Of a DNA stretch of 64,000 nucleotides, positions 9,906 through 20,244 are shown piece after piece. Source of the stretch: Flavobacteriales bacterium. GTDB lineage: Bacteria > Bacteroidota > Bacteroidia > Flavobacteriales_F > PHOS-HE28. Position 1 is the stretch's first letter; each line of letters starts with the position of its first letter. Location of the stretch: assembly GCA_039931265.1 (NCBI GenBank), contig JBDTSG010000013.1, positions 14,711 through 78,710 of the forward strand. Direction: 5' to 3'. A program made the translations under genes and the position numbers. The notes beneath the pieces were generated by a model, which saw only the letters and a program-made list of their open reading frames with translations, was not told the DNA's origin and did no database searches.

Positions 9906-9977
9906 CTGCGCTGCGGAGTGCAAGCAGTAGCTGGCCTCACCGGTTACTTTCCGCCCCCGACCTGTCGGGATCTACAC

Positions 9978-11501
9978 ATGTGGCTTTTGCGGTTGCGCTG
10001 GTCTGGGTGGCTTTGGTTGCTTGTGATCGCCAACGCGGCTTGTCCGCTTTTCTTCCGCTGCTTCATTACGTTGGATGGACCTGTGCATGTGTTGCATGCG
10101 GCGCTGCTCGGGGACGCGATCGGGGAAAGAACGTATGTCGCCCATGGCTTGCAATATGATCTGGGCCGTATTGATATCGGGCTGCTTGATCCAGTGGCCA
10201 TACTGCTGTTGAAGCTGTTGGCACCCGAACTTGTCGAGACGTTCTTGGGGGTGATCGTCCTGCTGATGTTTGGTGCAGGTGCGATCGCCTATGTGCGGGC
10301 ATATGCGGGTGAACGCCGGATGCTCGTTGTGTTGGCCCTTCCGCTCTCGTTCAGCGTGTTGCTCCTCCTCGGCCTGTTCCCCTTCGTTTTCTCCATTGGC
10401 CTCTGCCTTTGGTTGGCGGCGCGATGGGTGCGCATCTCGGAGGTGACCTTCCGGGTTCTGTGTCGCTCACTGCTCGCCATACTGCTCTGCGCCGCCGTGC
10501 ATCGGGGCGCACCCGTCTTGCTGGGTGTTTTCGTCGCTGTGCATGAAGTTTTGTTCTTCGCGGGGGATCGCGCGAAGTTCCAAGCTCGTTGGTCCGGCAT
10601 ACCACGCAAGTTGGCACGAGCGGTGCTTTCGTTGGGCGGGTTTGCGCTGGTGGCAACTGCCGTCCACTTCCTGTTTTTGCGCGGAGTGCTGGAAGCCGCA
10701 GCGGAACGCACACCGCTCGATGACCTGCTGCATGTGCGTCCGTTGCTGTTGCTGGATCACGTTGCTGAGCGGCCGCTGTGCATGGCGTTTGCCGCGTTGC
10801 TTTTGGTCTCGATGGGAACCGCGTTCCTGCATTTGCGCGTATGGCGCGTGCCGATCGTACACCATGCCCCGCTCTGCATTGGCTTGTTGTTCATCTTCTC
10901 ATCCCTATGTATCCGCACCGAGTGGGCCGACTTGCACTACTTCGGTGAGCGGGCGCAATTGCTAGGCCTACTGATGGCAGGGCTGTGGACCGCGGTGATC
11001 GTTCCCAACAACCGCTACGCGCAAGCTCTGGCTTTGGTCGTGGTCATTTTCCATGTGGTGCGTTCGGTCTACGTGGAACGCCGTATGGCTCAGTTTGCGG
11101 ATGAACGTGCGGCCGTGGTGGAAGTCGCGCGGCACTTGAAGCCCGGGGCATTGGTCGCCACGGTGCATTGCACCGATGATTGGCTGTTGCTGCATCAGTT
11201 CGCGCACCTCGCCACGCGGCACAAGGGTATCGTTCTCAGCAAGCGCGACAAGGTGTGGTTCGAGCGGAACAGCCCTGTGGCAATTGCGCTGCACCGTGCG
11301 ATCAATGGAAAGGAAGAGCGGTGGGAGTGGTTCGGGAGATGTGGGAGGGATCCCCTGTGTCCGCAGGTCGATCACGTTATCCTGATCGGCGATGAGCACG
11401 TTGATCAAGCCGCTAATTCAGATGCGTTGCGTGAAGTGCTGGTGCACGACTATGTGCCCGTGTACAACTCCGTCAGTGCTCAGATATGGGACCGACGTTG
11501 A
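9978..11501 (+). CDS. hypothetical polytopic membrane protein with ~180-aa C-terminal soluble domain
   Basis: ATG at 9978 (MWLLRLRWSGWLWLLVIANAA). There are at least 10 hydrophobic helices and I recognise no family motif. It sits directly downstream of the FG-GAP pair on the same strand. Confidence 0.45.
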   Translation: MWLLRLRWSGWLWLLVIANAACPLFFRCFITLDGPVHVLHAALLGDAIGERTYVAHGLQYDLGRIDIGLLDPVAILLLKLLAPELVETFLGVIVLLMFGAGAIAYVRAYAGERRMLVVLALPLSFSVLLLLGLFPFVFSIGLCLWLAARWVRISEVTFRVLCRSLLAILLCAAVHRGAPVLLGVFVAVHEVLFFAGDRAKFQARWSGIPRKLARAVLSLGGFALVATAVHFLFLRGVLEAAAERTPLDDLLHVRPLLLLDHVAERPLCMAFAALLLVSMGTAFLHLRVWRVPIVHHAPLCIGLLFIFSSLCIRTEWADLHYFGERAQLLGLLMAGLWTAVIVPNNRYAQALALVVVIFHVVRSVYVERRMAQFADERAAVVEVARHLKPGALVATVHCTDDWLLLHQFAHLATRHKGIVLSKRDKVWFERNSPVAIALHRAINGKEERWEWFGRCGRDPLCPQVDHVILIGDEHVDQAANSDALREVLVHDYVPVYNSVSAQIWDRR

Positions 11502-11510
11502 CCGGATCGC

Positions 11511-13298
11511 TCAATCCAACTTCAACACCGCCAAGAACGCCTGCTGCGGGATCTCCACTGAGCCCACTGATCGCATGCGCTTCTTCCCTTCCTTCTGCTT
11601 CTCCAGCAGTTTACGTTTACGGCTGATGTCGCCGCCGTAGCACTTGGCGGTAACGTCTTTGCGCAGGGCCTTCACAGTTTCGCGCGCTACGATCTTGGCG
11701 CCGATGGCCGCTTGGATAGGGATGTCGAATTGTTGGCGGGGCAGGAGTTCTTTCAGCTTGCTGCACATCTTCTTGCCCAACTCGTGCGCGTGGTCGCGGT
11801 GGATCAGCGCGCTCAGTGCGTCCACCTGTTCGCTGTTCAGCAGGATGTCCAGCTTGATCAGGTCGCTCTCCTTGAAACCGATCGGGTGGTAATCGAACGA
11901 CGCGTAGCCCCGCGAGATCGATTTCAGCTTGTCGAAGAAATCGAACACCACTTCGCCCAGCGGCAGTTCGAAGGAGAGTTCCACGCGATCGGTGGTGAGG
12001 TAGTTCTGGCCGATCAGCATGCCGCGCTTCTCGATGCACAAGGTCATGATCGCACCGGTGTACTCGCTCTTGGTGATCACCTGCGCTTTGATGTAGGGCT
12101 CCTCGATCTTCTCGATGTGCATTACCTCCGGCAGTTCGCTGGGGTTGTGCACGTTCACCACATCGCCGTTGGTCTTGGTAACGATGTAGCCCACGTTCGG
12201 CACAGTGGTGATCACCGTCATGTTGAACTCGCGTTCAAGCCGCTCTTGGATGATCTCCATGTGCAACAGTCCGAGGAAGCCACAACGGAATCCGAAACCG
12301 AGTGCTGCGCTGCTTTCGGGTGTCCATGTGAGGCTCGCGTCGTTCAACTTCAGCTTCTCCATGGCGTCGCGCAGCTCTTCGTACTCGTCGGTGTCCACGG
12401 GGAAGATGCCCGCCCATACCATCGGCTTCACATCCTCGAACCCCTTGATGGCTTCAAGACACGGGCGCTCTTGGTGGGTGATCGTGTCGCCCACCTTCAC
12501 TTCACTGGCGGTCTTGATGCCGCTGATGATGTAGCCCACATCGCCGGCGAGCACTTCATCGCGTGCGCGCAGGTCCATCTTCAGGATGCCCACCTCATCC
12601 GCGCCGTAAGTGACACCGGTGTTGAAGAACTTCACCTTGTCGTTCTTGCGAAGCGTGCCGTTGATCACCCTGAAATAGGCGATGATGCCACGGAAGCTGT
12701 TGAAGACACTATCGAAGATCAATGCCTGAAGTGGCGCCTTGGGATCGCCCTTGGGCGCGGGAACACGCGCCACCACAGCCTCCAGGATCTTGTCCACCCC
12801 GAGCCCGGTTTTCCCACTGGCCGGAAGGATCTCCTCCCGATCGCAGCCTATGAGATCCACGATCTGGTCCTTCACCTCTTCGGGGTTTGCCGATGGCAGG
12901 TCCATCTTGTTCAGGACCGGGATGATCGTGAGATCATGATCCAGCGCGAGGTACAGATTGCTGATGGTTTGCGCTTGGATGCCTTGTGTCGCGTCCACGA
13001 TCAAAAGGGCCCCTTCGCAAGCGGCGATGCTCCGGCTCACTTCGTAGCTGAAGTCCACGTGGCCGGGCGTGTCGATGAGGTTGAGGATGTACTTCTTCCC
13101 GTTCAAGGAGTAGTCCATCTGGATCGCCTTGCTCTTGATCGTGATCCCGCGCTCACGCTCCAAGTCCATATCGTCCAAGGCTTGGGCCTGCATGTCGCGG
13201 TCAGCGATCGTGCCGGTCATCTGCAGTAGCCGGTCAGCCAAGGTGCTTTTACCGTGGTCGATGTGGGCGATGATGCAGAAGTTCCGGATGTGATCCAT
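11511..13298 (-). CDS. lepA: elongation factor 4 (LepA)
   Basis: [26 protein letters not shown]1 motif, [13 protein letters not shown]. 595 aa. The C-terminal LepA domain is present. Confidence 0.95.
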   Translation of the reverse strand: MDHIRNFCIIAHIDHGKSTLADRLLQMTGTIADRDMQAQALDDMDLERERGITIKSKAIQMDYSLNGKKYILNLIDTPGHVDFSYEVSRSIAACEGALLIVDATQGIQAQTISNLYLALDHDLTIIPVLNKMDLPSANPEEVKDQIVDLIGCDREEILPASGKTGLGVDKILEAVVARVPAPKGDPKAPLQALIFDSVFNSFRGIIAYFRVINGTLRKNDKVKFFNTGVTYGADEVGILKMDLRARDEVLAGDVGYIISGIKTASEVKVGDTITHQERPCLEAIKGFEDVKPMVWAGIFPVDTDEYEELRDAMEKLKLNDASLTWTPESSAALGFGFRCGFLGLLHMEIIQERLEREFNMTVITTVPNVGYIVTKTNGDVVNVHNPSELPEVMHIEKIEEPYIKAQVITKSEYTGAIMTLCIEKRGMLIGQNYLTTDRVELSFELPLGEVVFDFFDKLKSISRGYASFDYHPIGFKESDLIKLDILLNSEQVDALSALIHRDHAHELGKKMCSKLKELLPRQQFDIPIQAAIGAKIVARETVKALRKDVTAKCYGGDISRKRKLLEKQKEGKKRMRSVGSVEIPQQAFLAVLKLD

Positions 13299-13452
13299 GG
13301 CTGACGGTCAGGGAGAAAGCCCCGAAAAGGGGGCGCGAAAGTAGGCCAATTGCCACGGCAGTCGCGGTGGCCGTAGCTTCGAGAGGCGGGAAGCCCGCTG
13401 GGGTAGGCAACTTTCCGCCCCAAGCCTGCATCATAGACCCCGGAACAGCGCC

Positions 13453-14013
13453 ATGACGGACGAAAGAATGGTTGAAGGGTGCCGCCGGAACGAAGCGGCG
13501 GCGCAGAAAGCGCTGTACCAAGCTTACTCCAGGAAGATGATGGCCGTGTGCCTCCGATATGCCCATAGTCGCGACCAAGCGAAAGACATCCTGCAGGACG
13601 GGTTCGTGAAGGTGTTCCAGAAAATGGACCTGTACCGTGGGGATGGTCCTTTGGGCGGATGGATCGCTCGCACCATGGTGAATACTGCATTGGACCACCT
13701 TCGTCGCAACAAGCCCTTCGATCACAGCATCGACCTGGCCGACGCCGAGCACCTGCACAGTGAGGATGCCCATGTGGTGAGCAGCATGAGCACCGAGGAG
13801 TTGATGGGCTTGGTGCAAAGCCTGCCCCCCGGCTATAAGGTCGTCTTCAACATGTTTGCCATCGAAGGGTACTCGCACAAGGAGATCGCCGATCAGTTGG
13901 GCGTTAGCGAGAACACCAGCAAAAGCCAATTCATGAAAGCGCGGGCCTACCTGCGCAAGCTGCTTCCGAAAGAAGCCGCAGCACCATACGTACATGATGA
14001 ACAAGAAGGATGA
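13453..14013 (+). CDS. RNA polymerase ECF-type sigma-70 factor
   Basis: 186 aa. Region 2, YSRKMMAVCLRYAHSRDQAKDILQDGFVKVFQ. Region 4 helix-turn-helix, YSHKEIADQLGVSENTSKSQFMKARAYLRK. Confidence 0.85.
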   Translation: MTDERMVEGCRRNEAAAQKALYQAYSRKMMAVCLRYAHSRDQAKDILQDGFVKVFQKMDLYRGDGPLGGWIARTMVNTALDHLRRNKPFDHSIDLADAEHLHSEDAHVVSSMSTEELMGLVQSLPPGYKVVFNMFAIEGYSHKEIADQLGVSENTSKSQFMKARAYLRKLLPKEAAAPYVHDEQEG

Positions 14014-15049
14014 ACTGATCGACCTGCTCCGCGATCGCCTCGGCGATCTGGAAGCACCCGTGGACCCCGCCTTATGGCAGGGTATCCAAGGCCGCATGGT
14101 CGAAGCTGCCGTTGCCAGCGGGACCGACCCGGTAACGGAACTGTTCCGCAATGGATTGCAGAACGCGGAAGTGCCCATTGATCCGGGCGTATGGACGAAC
14201 ATCAGCAGCCAATTGGGCCATGGCGTTGCCGCAACCGGCGGAAGCCTTACGGCTTGGATCGGTGGTGGTATCGCCGCAGCCTTGGTGGCCGGTGGTCTGT
14301 GGTTGGGTTTGGGCGGTAGCGACGAAGTACCGGCCAAGGTGGCTGCCACCGTGACCGTTGTTCCGGGGGTGGTACAAGAGGTACCGACTGTTGAAACACC
14401 GGTGGTGACGGTGCCTTCCTCCGAGGCAGTGAAGGAAGAAGTGGCGATCGGGAATGAGCAACATGCTGTTGCCGCTCCATTAAGTGTCCGGGTTGATCCT
14501 CAAGAACGGAACGACAGCGAGAACGCTGATGATGTGAAGCCCGTTCCCGTCAATACGTTGCCGGCAGTGGCAACGGAAACGAAGTCCGAGGTACCCGGTC
14601 CCTTCATCGACAAGGTGAATGCGATCATTGAACGGGCCGAGGAGCGCATTGCTGCGGACCCGCATCCTGCCGAACAGGGGGATACCCGGATCCCACCATC
14701 GGAGAATCCCGAGACGGAAGCTGCTGAAGAGGCGGACCAGGAGACGGCCACGAATGCGGTAACCGAAAGCACCCACCTTTTCATTCCCAACGTGTTCACT
14801 CCCAATGAGGATGGTGTTAACGACGTGCTGGAAGTGAGCGCTATCGGCCTGTCCAACATCGCTGTTAGCATTTACAGCGCAACGAACGACAAGCTGGTTT
14901 TCCGGGCGGACAACCTCAGCCCGTGGGATGGGCGCGACGCCAGTGGCGCGCGCTGTGCGGAGGGGTACTACTTTTATGCGATTGAAGCCATCGGGCCTGA
15001 TGGCAAAGCCATGAGCAAAGGGCAAGTGGTACTGTTGAACATCCGCTGA
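13994..15049 (+). CDS. anti-sigma-like single-pass membrane protein with C-terminal gliding-motility/CHU_C (T9SS type B) domain
   Basis: Start overlaps the sigma stop by 20 bp. The N-terminal ~85 aa carry a duplicated (L/A)E(A/V)P(V/I)DP(A/G)(L/V)Wxx I motif. A single TM (TAWIGGGIAAALVAGGLWLGLGG) is followed by an acidic, proline-rich linker. The C-terminus is LFIPNVFTPNEDGVNDVLEV...WDGR...GYYFYAI, a CHU_C signature. Confidence 0.6.
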   Translation: MMNKKDELIDLLRDRLGDLEAPVDPALWQGIQGRMVEAAVASGTDPVTELFRNGLQNAEVPIDPGVWTNISSQLGHGVAATGGSLTAWIGGGIAAALVAGGLWLGLGGSDEVPAKVAATVTVVPGVVQEVPTVETPVVTVPSSEAVKEEVAIGNEQHAVAAPLSVRVDPQERNDSENADDVKPVPVNTLPAVATETKSEVPGPFIDKVNAIIERAEERIAADPHPAEQGDTRIPPSENPETEAAEEADQETATNAVTESTHLFIPNVFTPNEDGVNDVLEVSAIGLSNIAVSIYSATNDKLVFRADNLSPWDGRDASGARCAEGYYFYAIEAIGPDGKAMSKGQVVLLNIR

Positions 15050-15065
15050 CCAACGCCCCACCAAC

Positions 15066-18038
15066 ATGAAACAAGCATTGCGTATCGTCGGTTGCGTGAT
15101 CGCGGTGGCCCTTGGGTCGCGGATCGTGTCGCTGGGTCAACGGCAAGTGCTTGCTGGGAGCGATCACGCTGCGCTGAAGGCCGCTGGGCTCTTGAACGGA
15201 CGTGCTGATTTCAGCGTGTTGCCAGCACCGGCCGTTGGGAACAATGGTGCCGCAGGTCGTCTTGTTCCATCAACTCCGCCGGGCAATATGAAGGGTTCCG
15301 GCGCCGGTTGCGATTGTTGGATCGATCCCGATGCCTCCTACACTTTGGCAATGCTCCCGAACGATGATGGCAGCAGCTCCCAGATCCCCTTCCCCTTCTC
15401 CTTCGATCTCTACGGCGATCTTTATTCCGCATTGTGGATCAACAACAACGGCAATGTCACTTTCGATAACTCGTTCGGCGGTTTCACGTCTTCGGGTTTC
15501 CCCATGCAGCCGTACCCGATGGTGGCGCCTTTCTGGGCCGATGTGGATACGCGGCCTGTTGCAGGTGGTGAGGTCTGGTACAAGGTGACCCCCACGGCGG
15601 TTTTCGTGAACTGGGTGAACGTGGGTTACTACAGTATGATGACCGACAAGCTGAACAGCTTCCAGCTCATCCTCACCAACGGCAACGACCCGGTGATCGG
15701 TATCGGAAAGAACGTCAGTTTCTGCTATAAGGAAATGGAGTGGACCACTGGCGCGGCCTCGGGTGGTAATCTTGGTTTCGGTGGAACCGCAGCCAACGTG
15801 GGCGCCAATCGCGGCAACGGAACGGACTACCTTCAGTTCACCCGCCCTGACCAACCCGGTGCATTCTATGATGGTCCGTTCTTGTTGAATGATGGTATCG
15901 ACTGGCTCGATTTCAAACAATTCGTCTTCACCACGTCGGTCTTCACGAGCAATATCCCCCCGATCGGAAGCGGCACTACCCTTTGCGATACGGTTACCAC
16001 CTGCGTTGGTCAAACAGCTCAATTGGACATGACCTTCCTGTCGCCAGAACCGAACCAGATCACAACCGGGTTCAGTACAGCGCTCACGCTGAGCAATTAC
16101 GCGGAGATCATGAACACCAGTGGAGGGAACTCGATCCAGATCATCGGCGAGTTCACACCGACCCCGCTGGAGATCGGCTTCCATACCGTCACGTTCGAAG
16201 CCACGGACAATGGGGCACCACCGCTAACCGCCACTTACAACTTGGTAGTGCAGGTGTTGCCGGTGGGCATCACCATTGCGCCGACGGCCCTCAGCACTTG
16301 CACGGCCGCACCGCCGATCGACCTCTTCCTCCTGTTCAGTGGCAACCCACCGCTGGGTGGCGTTTGGCAGGACCCTAACGGTAACCCGTTCAGTGGAACG
16401 CTGGATCCCGCTGTGGATATCAGCGGCGATTATGCCTACATCCTCGGGAATGGTTCACCATGCCCAACCGTGGGGATCGTAACGGTCACCATCTCCACAA
16501 CACCCGATCCCGGTACACCGGGCTCGGGAACGTATTGCGCGGATAACGCCGTCGTGAACTTGTTCACTTTGCTCGGGGGTACGCCACAAGGAGGTGGCAC
16601 ATGGACCGACCCGAACAGCGCGCCCCATACCGCGATGATGGATCCAGCGATCGATCCATCAGGCATCTACACCTACACGATCAACGGGATCTTGCCCTGC
16701 CCAACGGCCAGCACCACCGTTACCATCACGATCAACCAACCTGTTGATGCCGGACAGGATGCGATGCTCGCGCTGTGCCGTGCCGATGCACCGATCGACC
16801 TGCTGACAGCATTGGGTGGTACGCCCGATGCCGGGGGCACTTGGGTGGATCCCAACCTCACAGCCTTCACGAACCCCTTGGATCCGGCTGTCGCTCTTCC
16901 CGGCATCTACACCTACACGATGGTCGGAGCAGCGCCTTGCCCGACCGAGTCGGCGAACGTTACGGTAGGCTTCGACCCGGTGCCCAACGCGGGTATCGAT
17001 GCAGTCTTCGATATCTGTTCCGACGGAAGTCCGACCGTGCTCTTTACGCTCTTGGGCGGCACGCCGGATCCCGGTGGCGCGTGGCTCAACCCCGCTATGG
17101 CAGCGCACACTGGAACGTTGATGCCCGCGACGGACCAGAACGGCGTGTACAAGTACGTGGCATACGGGGTGGGTTCATGCAGCGCCCTGACCGATACCGC
17201 CGATGTGGACGTGCTCATCAACTTATTGCCTGTTGTTCAGTTCAGTGGGGTGCCGATGGCGGGTTGTGCGCCGTTGAACGTGATGTTCACCAACTCCACC
17301 GACCCGGTATTCAACGCGAGTGCCGCTTGGGACATGGGTGATGGTGGAACCGGAAGCAACCTCACATTGCAGCCGTACACGTACAATACCCCAGGCATGT
17401 GGACCGTGAGCCTCACCGTTACCAGCGACAGCGGCTGTGTGGGCAACCTCACGTACAACGACATGATCCTTGTGGAGCCCGCACCACTGGCGGAATTCAT
17501 CGCTTACCCGAACCCGGCCACCGTGCAGAACAGTGCGGTGCTGCTGACCAGTACCGATCCGTATGCCGTCAACTTCGATTGGACCATCACCGTCCAGGAA
17601 ACCGGGGAAGTGCTCGGAACGAGCCAAGCACCCGAACTGCTTTTCGAATTCCCGAACACATTAGGGGGCTTGTACGACGTATGCCTCGCCGTGCAGGACA
17701 TCTACGGCTGTACCGACACGTTGTGCAAGGTGATAGACATCCGTGATCCGTTGCTGGTTTATGTGCCCAACACCTTCACCCCCGATGGCGATGGTATCAA
17801 CGACACATGGCTGCCCAGCGTAATGGGCAACGATCCCGGACAGCATGAACTGCTGGTCTTCGATCGGTGGGGCGGCATCGTTTTCCAAAGCAATGATCAA
17901 CACCAGGCTTGGGACGGAAAGCACCGCAATGGAGGCGAAGTGCTGGCCCAAGGCCTCTACACTTGGAAGCTGAAGGTCGCCCCGGAGAACGAAGGGGCCC
18001 GGAAAGAGTACATCGGGCACGTGACATTGATCAAGTGA
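15066..18038 (+). CDS. large secreted adhesin-like protein: NIDO-like N-domain, Ig-like domain, ~6 LGGTPxxGGxWxDPN repeats, PKD-like domains, T9SS type B (CHU_C) C-terminal domain
   Basis: Signal peptide MKQALRIVGCVIAVALG. N-domain WINNNGNVTFDNSFGGF...VAPFWADVDTRP. PKD-like SLTVTSDSGC. C-terminus YVPNTFTPDGDGINDTWLP...VFDRWGGIVFQS...WDGK. 16-bp gap from the upstream gene. Confidence 0.8.
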   Translation: MKQALRIVGCVIAVALGSRIVSLGQRQVLAGSDHAALKAAGLLNGRADFSVLPAPAVGNNGAAGRLVPSTPPGNMKGSGAGCDCWIDPDASYTLAMLPNDDGSSSQIPFPFSFDLYGDLYSALWINNNGNVTFDNSFGGFTSSGFPMQPYPMVAPFWADVDTRPVAGGEVWYKVTPTAVFVNWVNVGYYSMMTDKLNSFQLILTNGNDPVIGIGKNVSFCYKEMEWTTGAASGGNLGFGGTAANVGANRGNGTDYLQFTRPDQPGAFYDGPFLLNDGIDWLDFKQFVFTTSVFTSNIPPIGSGTTLCDTVTTCVGQTAQLDMTFLSPEPNQITTGFSTALTLSNYAEIMNTSGGNSIQIIGEFTPTPLEIGFHTVTFEATDNGAPPLTATYNLVVQVLPVGITIAPTALSTCTAAPPIDLFLLFSGNPPLGGVWQDPNGNPFSGTLDPAVDISGDYAYILGNGSPCPTVGIVTVTISTTPDPGTPGSGTYCADNAVVNLFTLLGGTPQGGGTWTDPNSAPHTAMMDPAIDPSGIYTYTINGILPCPTASTTVTITINQPVDAGQDAMLALCRADAPIDLLTALGGTPDAGGTWVDPNLTAFTNPLDPAVALPGIYTYTMVGAAPCPTESANVTVGFDPVPNAGIDAVFDICSDGSPTVLFTLLGGTPDPGGAWLNPAMAAHTGTLMPATDQNGVYKYVAYGVGSCSALTDTADVDVLINLLPVVQFSGVPMAGCAPLNVMFTNSTDPVFNASAAWDMGDGGTGSNLTLQPYTYNTPGMWTVSLTVTSDSGCVGNLTYNDMILVEPAPLAEFIAYPNPATVQNSAVLLTSTDPYAVNFDWTITVQETGEVLGTSQAPELLFEFPNTLGGLYDVCLAVQDIYGCTDTLCKVIDIRDPLLVYVPNTFTPDGDGINDTWLPSVMGNDPGQHELLVFDRWGGIVFQSNDQHQAWDGKHRNGGEVLAQGLYTWKLKVAPENEGARKEYIGHVTLIK

Positions 18039-18066
18039 CGGCTTTCAGACAGAGCACCGAAACAAC

Positions 18067-20175
18067 ATGAGCATTTCATTGAGGCCCCTTTCCTGGGTTG
18101 TAGCACTGTTGCCGATCACGCTGATCGCACAAACGATCGAGCTGCCCGAAGGCCAGTATGATCTGAGTAAAGCGGCAGGCACGCTTCCTCAGGGAAACGT
18201 GCGGCCCATCGCCCGTCAGCAACTCCCACTAGCACCGGTGATGCCCGCTGGCACTGCGAAGGGCGGTGGCAACTTCTCCTGCGATTGCTGGATACAGCCC
18301 GACGCGAACTACACCTTGGCGATGACCCCCAATGACGATAACTCCAGCGGGCTGATCACTATTCCTTTCCAGTTCAACCTGTACGGCACCAACTACAGCA
18401 ACCTCTACATCAACAACAACGGGAACATCTCGTTCGATGCACCCTATGGCACCTTCACGGCCGATCCTTTCCCGACCGCTGGTTTCGTAATGGTGGCACC
18501 CTTCTGGGCGGATATCGATACGCGCGGCGATGATGGTCTTGGATTGAACGGTGGAACGGTGAAGTACAAGGTGACACCGACGGCCTTGTATGTGAACTGG
18601 GATGATTGCGGATACTTCAGCCAATACACCGACAAGAAGGTCTTCATTCAACTCATCATCACCGATGGAAACGACCCCATTCTCGGTGCTGGGAACAACG
18701 TGAGCTTCTGTTACAAGGAGATGGATTGGACCACCGGTGATGCAAGTGGTGGCTCCGGTGGTTTCGGTGGTTTCCCTGCGGTTGTAGGGGCGAACCTTGG
18801 CAACGGGGTGGACTTCATCCAGTTCGGAACGTTCGACCAGCCGGGCACTGCCTACGATGGCCCTTTCGGGAACGTGGATGGCGTTGATTGGCTTGATTAC
18901 AAGCATTTCGTTTTCAGTACGGTGACCTCCACCCAGAACGTCGCGCCTATCGCCAGCAGTTCCTTCTTGTGCGACACCATCGTGGTCTGCGCGGGTCAGC
19001 TCACGCAGATCCAAATGGATTTCATCGCACCGGAAACCGGTCAGATCACTACGGCCACCTCAATCGCACCCACGCTGAGCACGTACGTAGAAACAAGTAA
19101 TACATCGGGCATCACGGCCACGATCCTCAGCGAGTTCAATCCTACCGCAGGTGAAGTCGGCTTCCATACCATCACGTTCTCGGGAACGGACAACGGTGTG
19201 CCTCCTCTTACAAGCACGGTGTATATCGTGGTGGAAGTGGTGCCCAGCCCCGGTGCGCCGCCCACGATAAGCGGCGACGACTTGATCTGTGCTGGTGAGT
19301 TCAGCACCTTGACGGCGAGCGGCGGTTTCGCCAGCTACAATTGGAGCAACGGGGACAACGGACAGAGCGTTGATGTGGGTGGAGGGACATACACGGTAAC
19401 GGGCGTGTTGGGCAATTGCCCGCTTACCAGCGCACCGTTCATCGTAACGGAGAACCCGCAACCACAGCCTGTTATTTCCGGTGTGCTCTTCAATTGCGGT
19501 GGCGAGCCTGCCACGTTGGGCACCACACAGCCGTTCACCGACTACACATGGAGCAACGGCAGCACCGACCCAACCATCACCGTAGGCACCGGGACTTACT
19601 CCGTTACCGTTACCGATGCGAACGGATGCACTGGAACTTCGGGCGCGGTGAACGTGCTGAGCGCACCGGCTCCCACGGCAGGGTTCAGCGCCGACCCACC
19701 GTCACCAGCGCCTCCGGGTACCACCGTTCAGTTCACCGATCAGAGTCTTGCGAATGGTGCCAACATCGTTGGCTGGTCATGGGATTTCGGCGATAACAGC
19801 ACCAGTGCGGAACAGAACCCGACCAACACGTTCAACTTCCCGGGCAACTATGATGTGACCCTTACGGTGACCACTTCGGATGGCTGTACGGACACGTACA
19901 CGTTCATCTACAACATCCTGCCGGTGGACATCATCATCCCGAACGTGTTCAGCCCCAACAGCGATGGGTTGAACGACAACCTCGAATTCTCGGGGCTCCA
20001 GTTCTACAGCAACTCGAACCTGAAGGTCTATAGCCGCTGGGGGAACAAGGTGTATGAAAGTGCCAACTACAGGAACAACTGGAACGGCAAGGACACCAGC
20101 GAGGGCACGTACTTCTACATCTTGAAGATGGCCGATGGCCGTGAGTACGTTGGGCATGTAACCTTGCTGCGGTAA
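18067..20175 (+). CDS. adhesin-like paralog: NIDO-like N-domain, Ig-like domain, two SprB repeats, PKD domain, T9SS type B (CHU_C) C-terminal domain
   Basis: Signal peptide MSISLRPLSWVVALLPITLIAQ. N-domain YINNNGNISFDAPYGTF...VAPFWADIDTRGDDG. SprB-like repeats (ICAGEFSTLTASGG...YNWSNG...GTYTVT...GNC and GTYSVTVTDANGCTG). PKD (WDFGDNSTS...YDVTLTVTTSDGCTD). C-terminus IIPNVFSPNSDGLNDNLEF...VYSRWGNKVYES...WNGK. Confidence 0.8.
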   Translation: MSISLRPLSWVVALLPITLIAQTIELPEGQYDLSKAAGTLPQGNVRPIARQQLPLAPVMPAGTAKGGGNFSCDCWIQPDANYTLAMTPNDDNSSGLITIPFQFNLYGTNYSNLYINNNGNISFDAPYGTFTADPFPTAGFVMVAPFWADIDTRGDDGLGLNGGTVKYKVTPTALYVNWDDCGYFSQYTDKKVFIQLIITDGNDPILGAGNNVSFCYKEMDWTTGDASGGSGGFGGFPAVVGANLGNGVDFIQFGTFDQPGTAYDGPFGNVDGVDWLDYKHFVFSTVTSTQNVAPIASSSFLCDTIVVCAGQLTQIQMDFIAPETGQITTATSIAPTLSTYVETSNTSGITATILSEFNPTAGEVGFHTITFSGTDNGVPPLTSTVYIVVEVVPSPGAPPTISGDDLICAGEFSTLTASGGFASYNWSNGDNGQSVDVGGGTYTVTGVLGNCPLTSAPFIVTENPQPQPVISGVLFNCGGEPATLGTTQPFTDYTWSNGSTDPTITVGTGTYSVTVTDANGCTGTSGAVNVLSAPAPTAGFSADPPSPAPPGTTVQFTDQSLANGANIVGWSWDFGDNSTSAEQNPTNTFNFPGNYDVTLTVTTSDGCTDTYTFIYNILPVDIIIPNVFSPNSDGLNDNLEFSGLQFYSNSNLKVYSRWGNKVYESANYRNNWNGKDTSEGTYFYILKMADGREYVGHVTLLR

Positions 20176-20244
20176 GGCGCTGGCATAGGCGCCCGGATAT
20201 CTTCGCGCTCTTCTTTCGCCCGCCTTGGACGAAGGAGAACCCTC

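Noticed and set aside
11712-13229. 505-aa plus-strand ORF
   Set aside because: Entirely antisense to lepA; the translation is Arg/Val/His-rich with no motifs. This is the typical long antisense ORF of high-GC DNA.
13299-13452. Looked for an ECF-type AAC-N16-CGT promoter upstream of the sigma operon
   Set aside because: Only weak partial matches (GCAACTTTCC...GCATCA). Not reportable.
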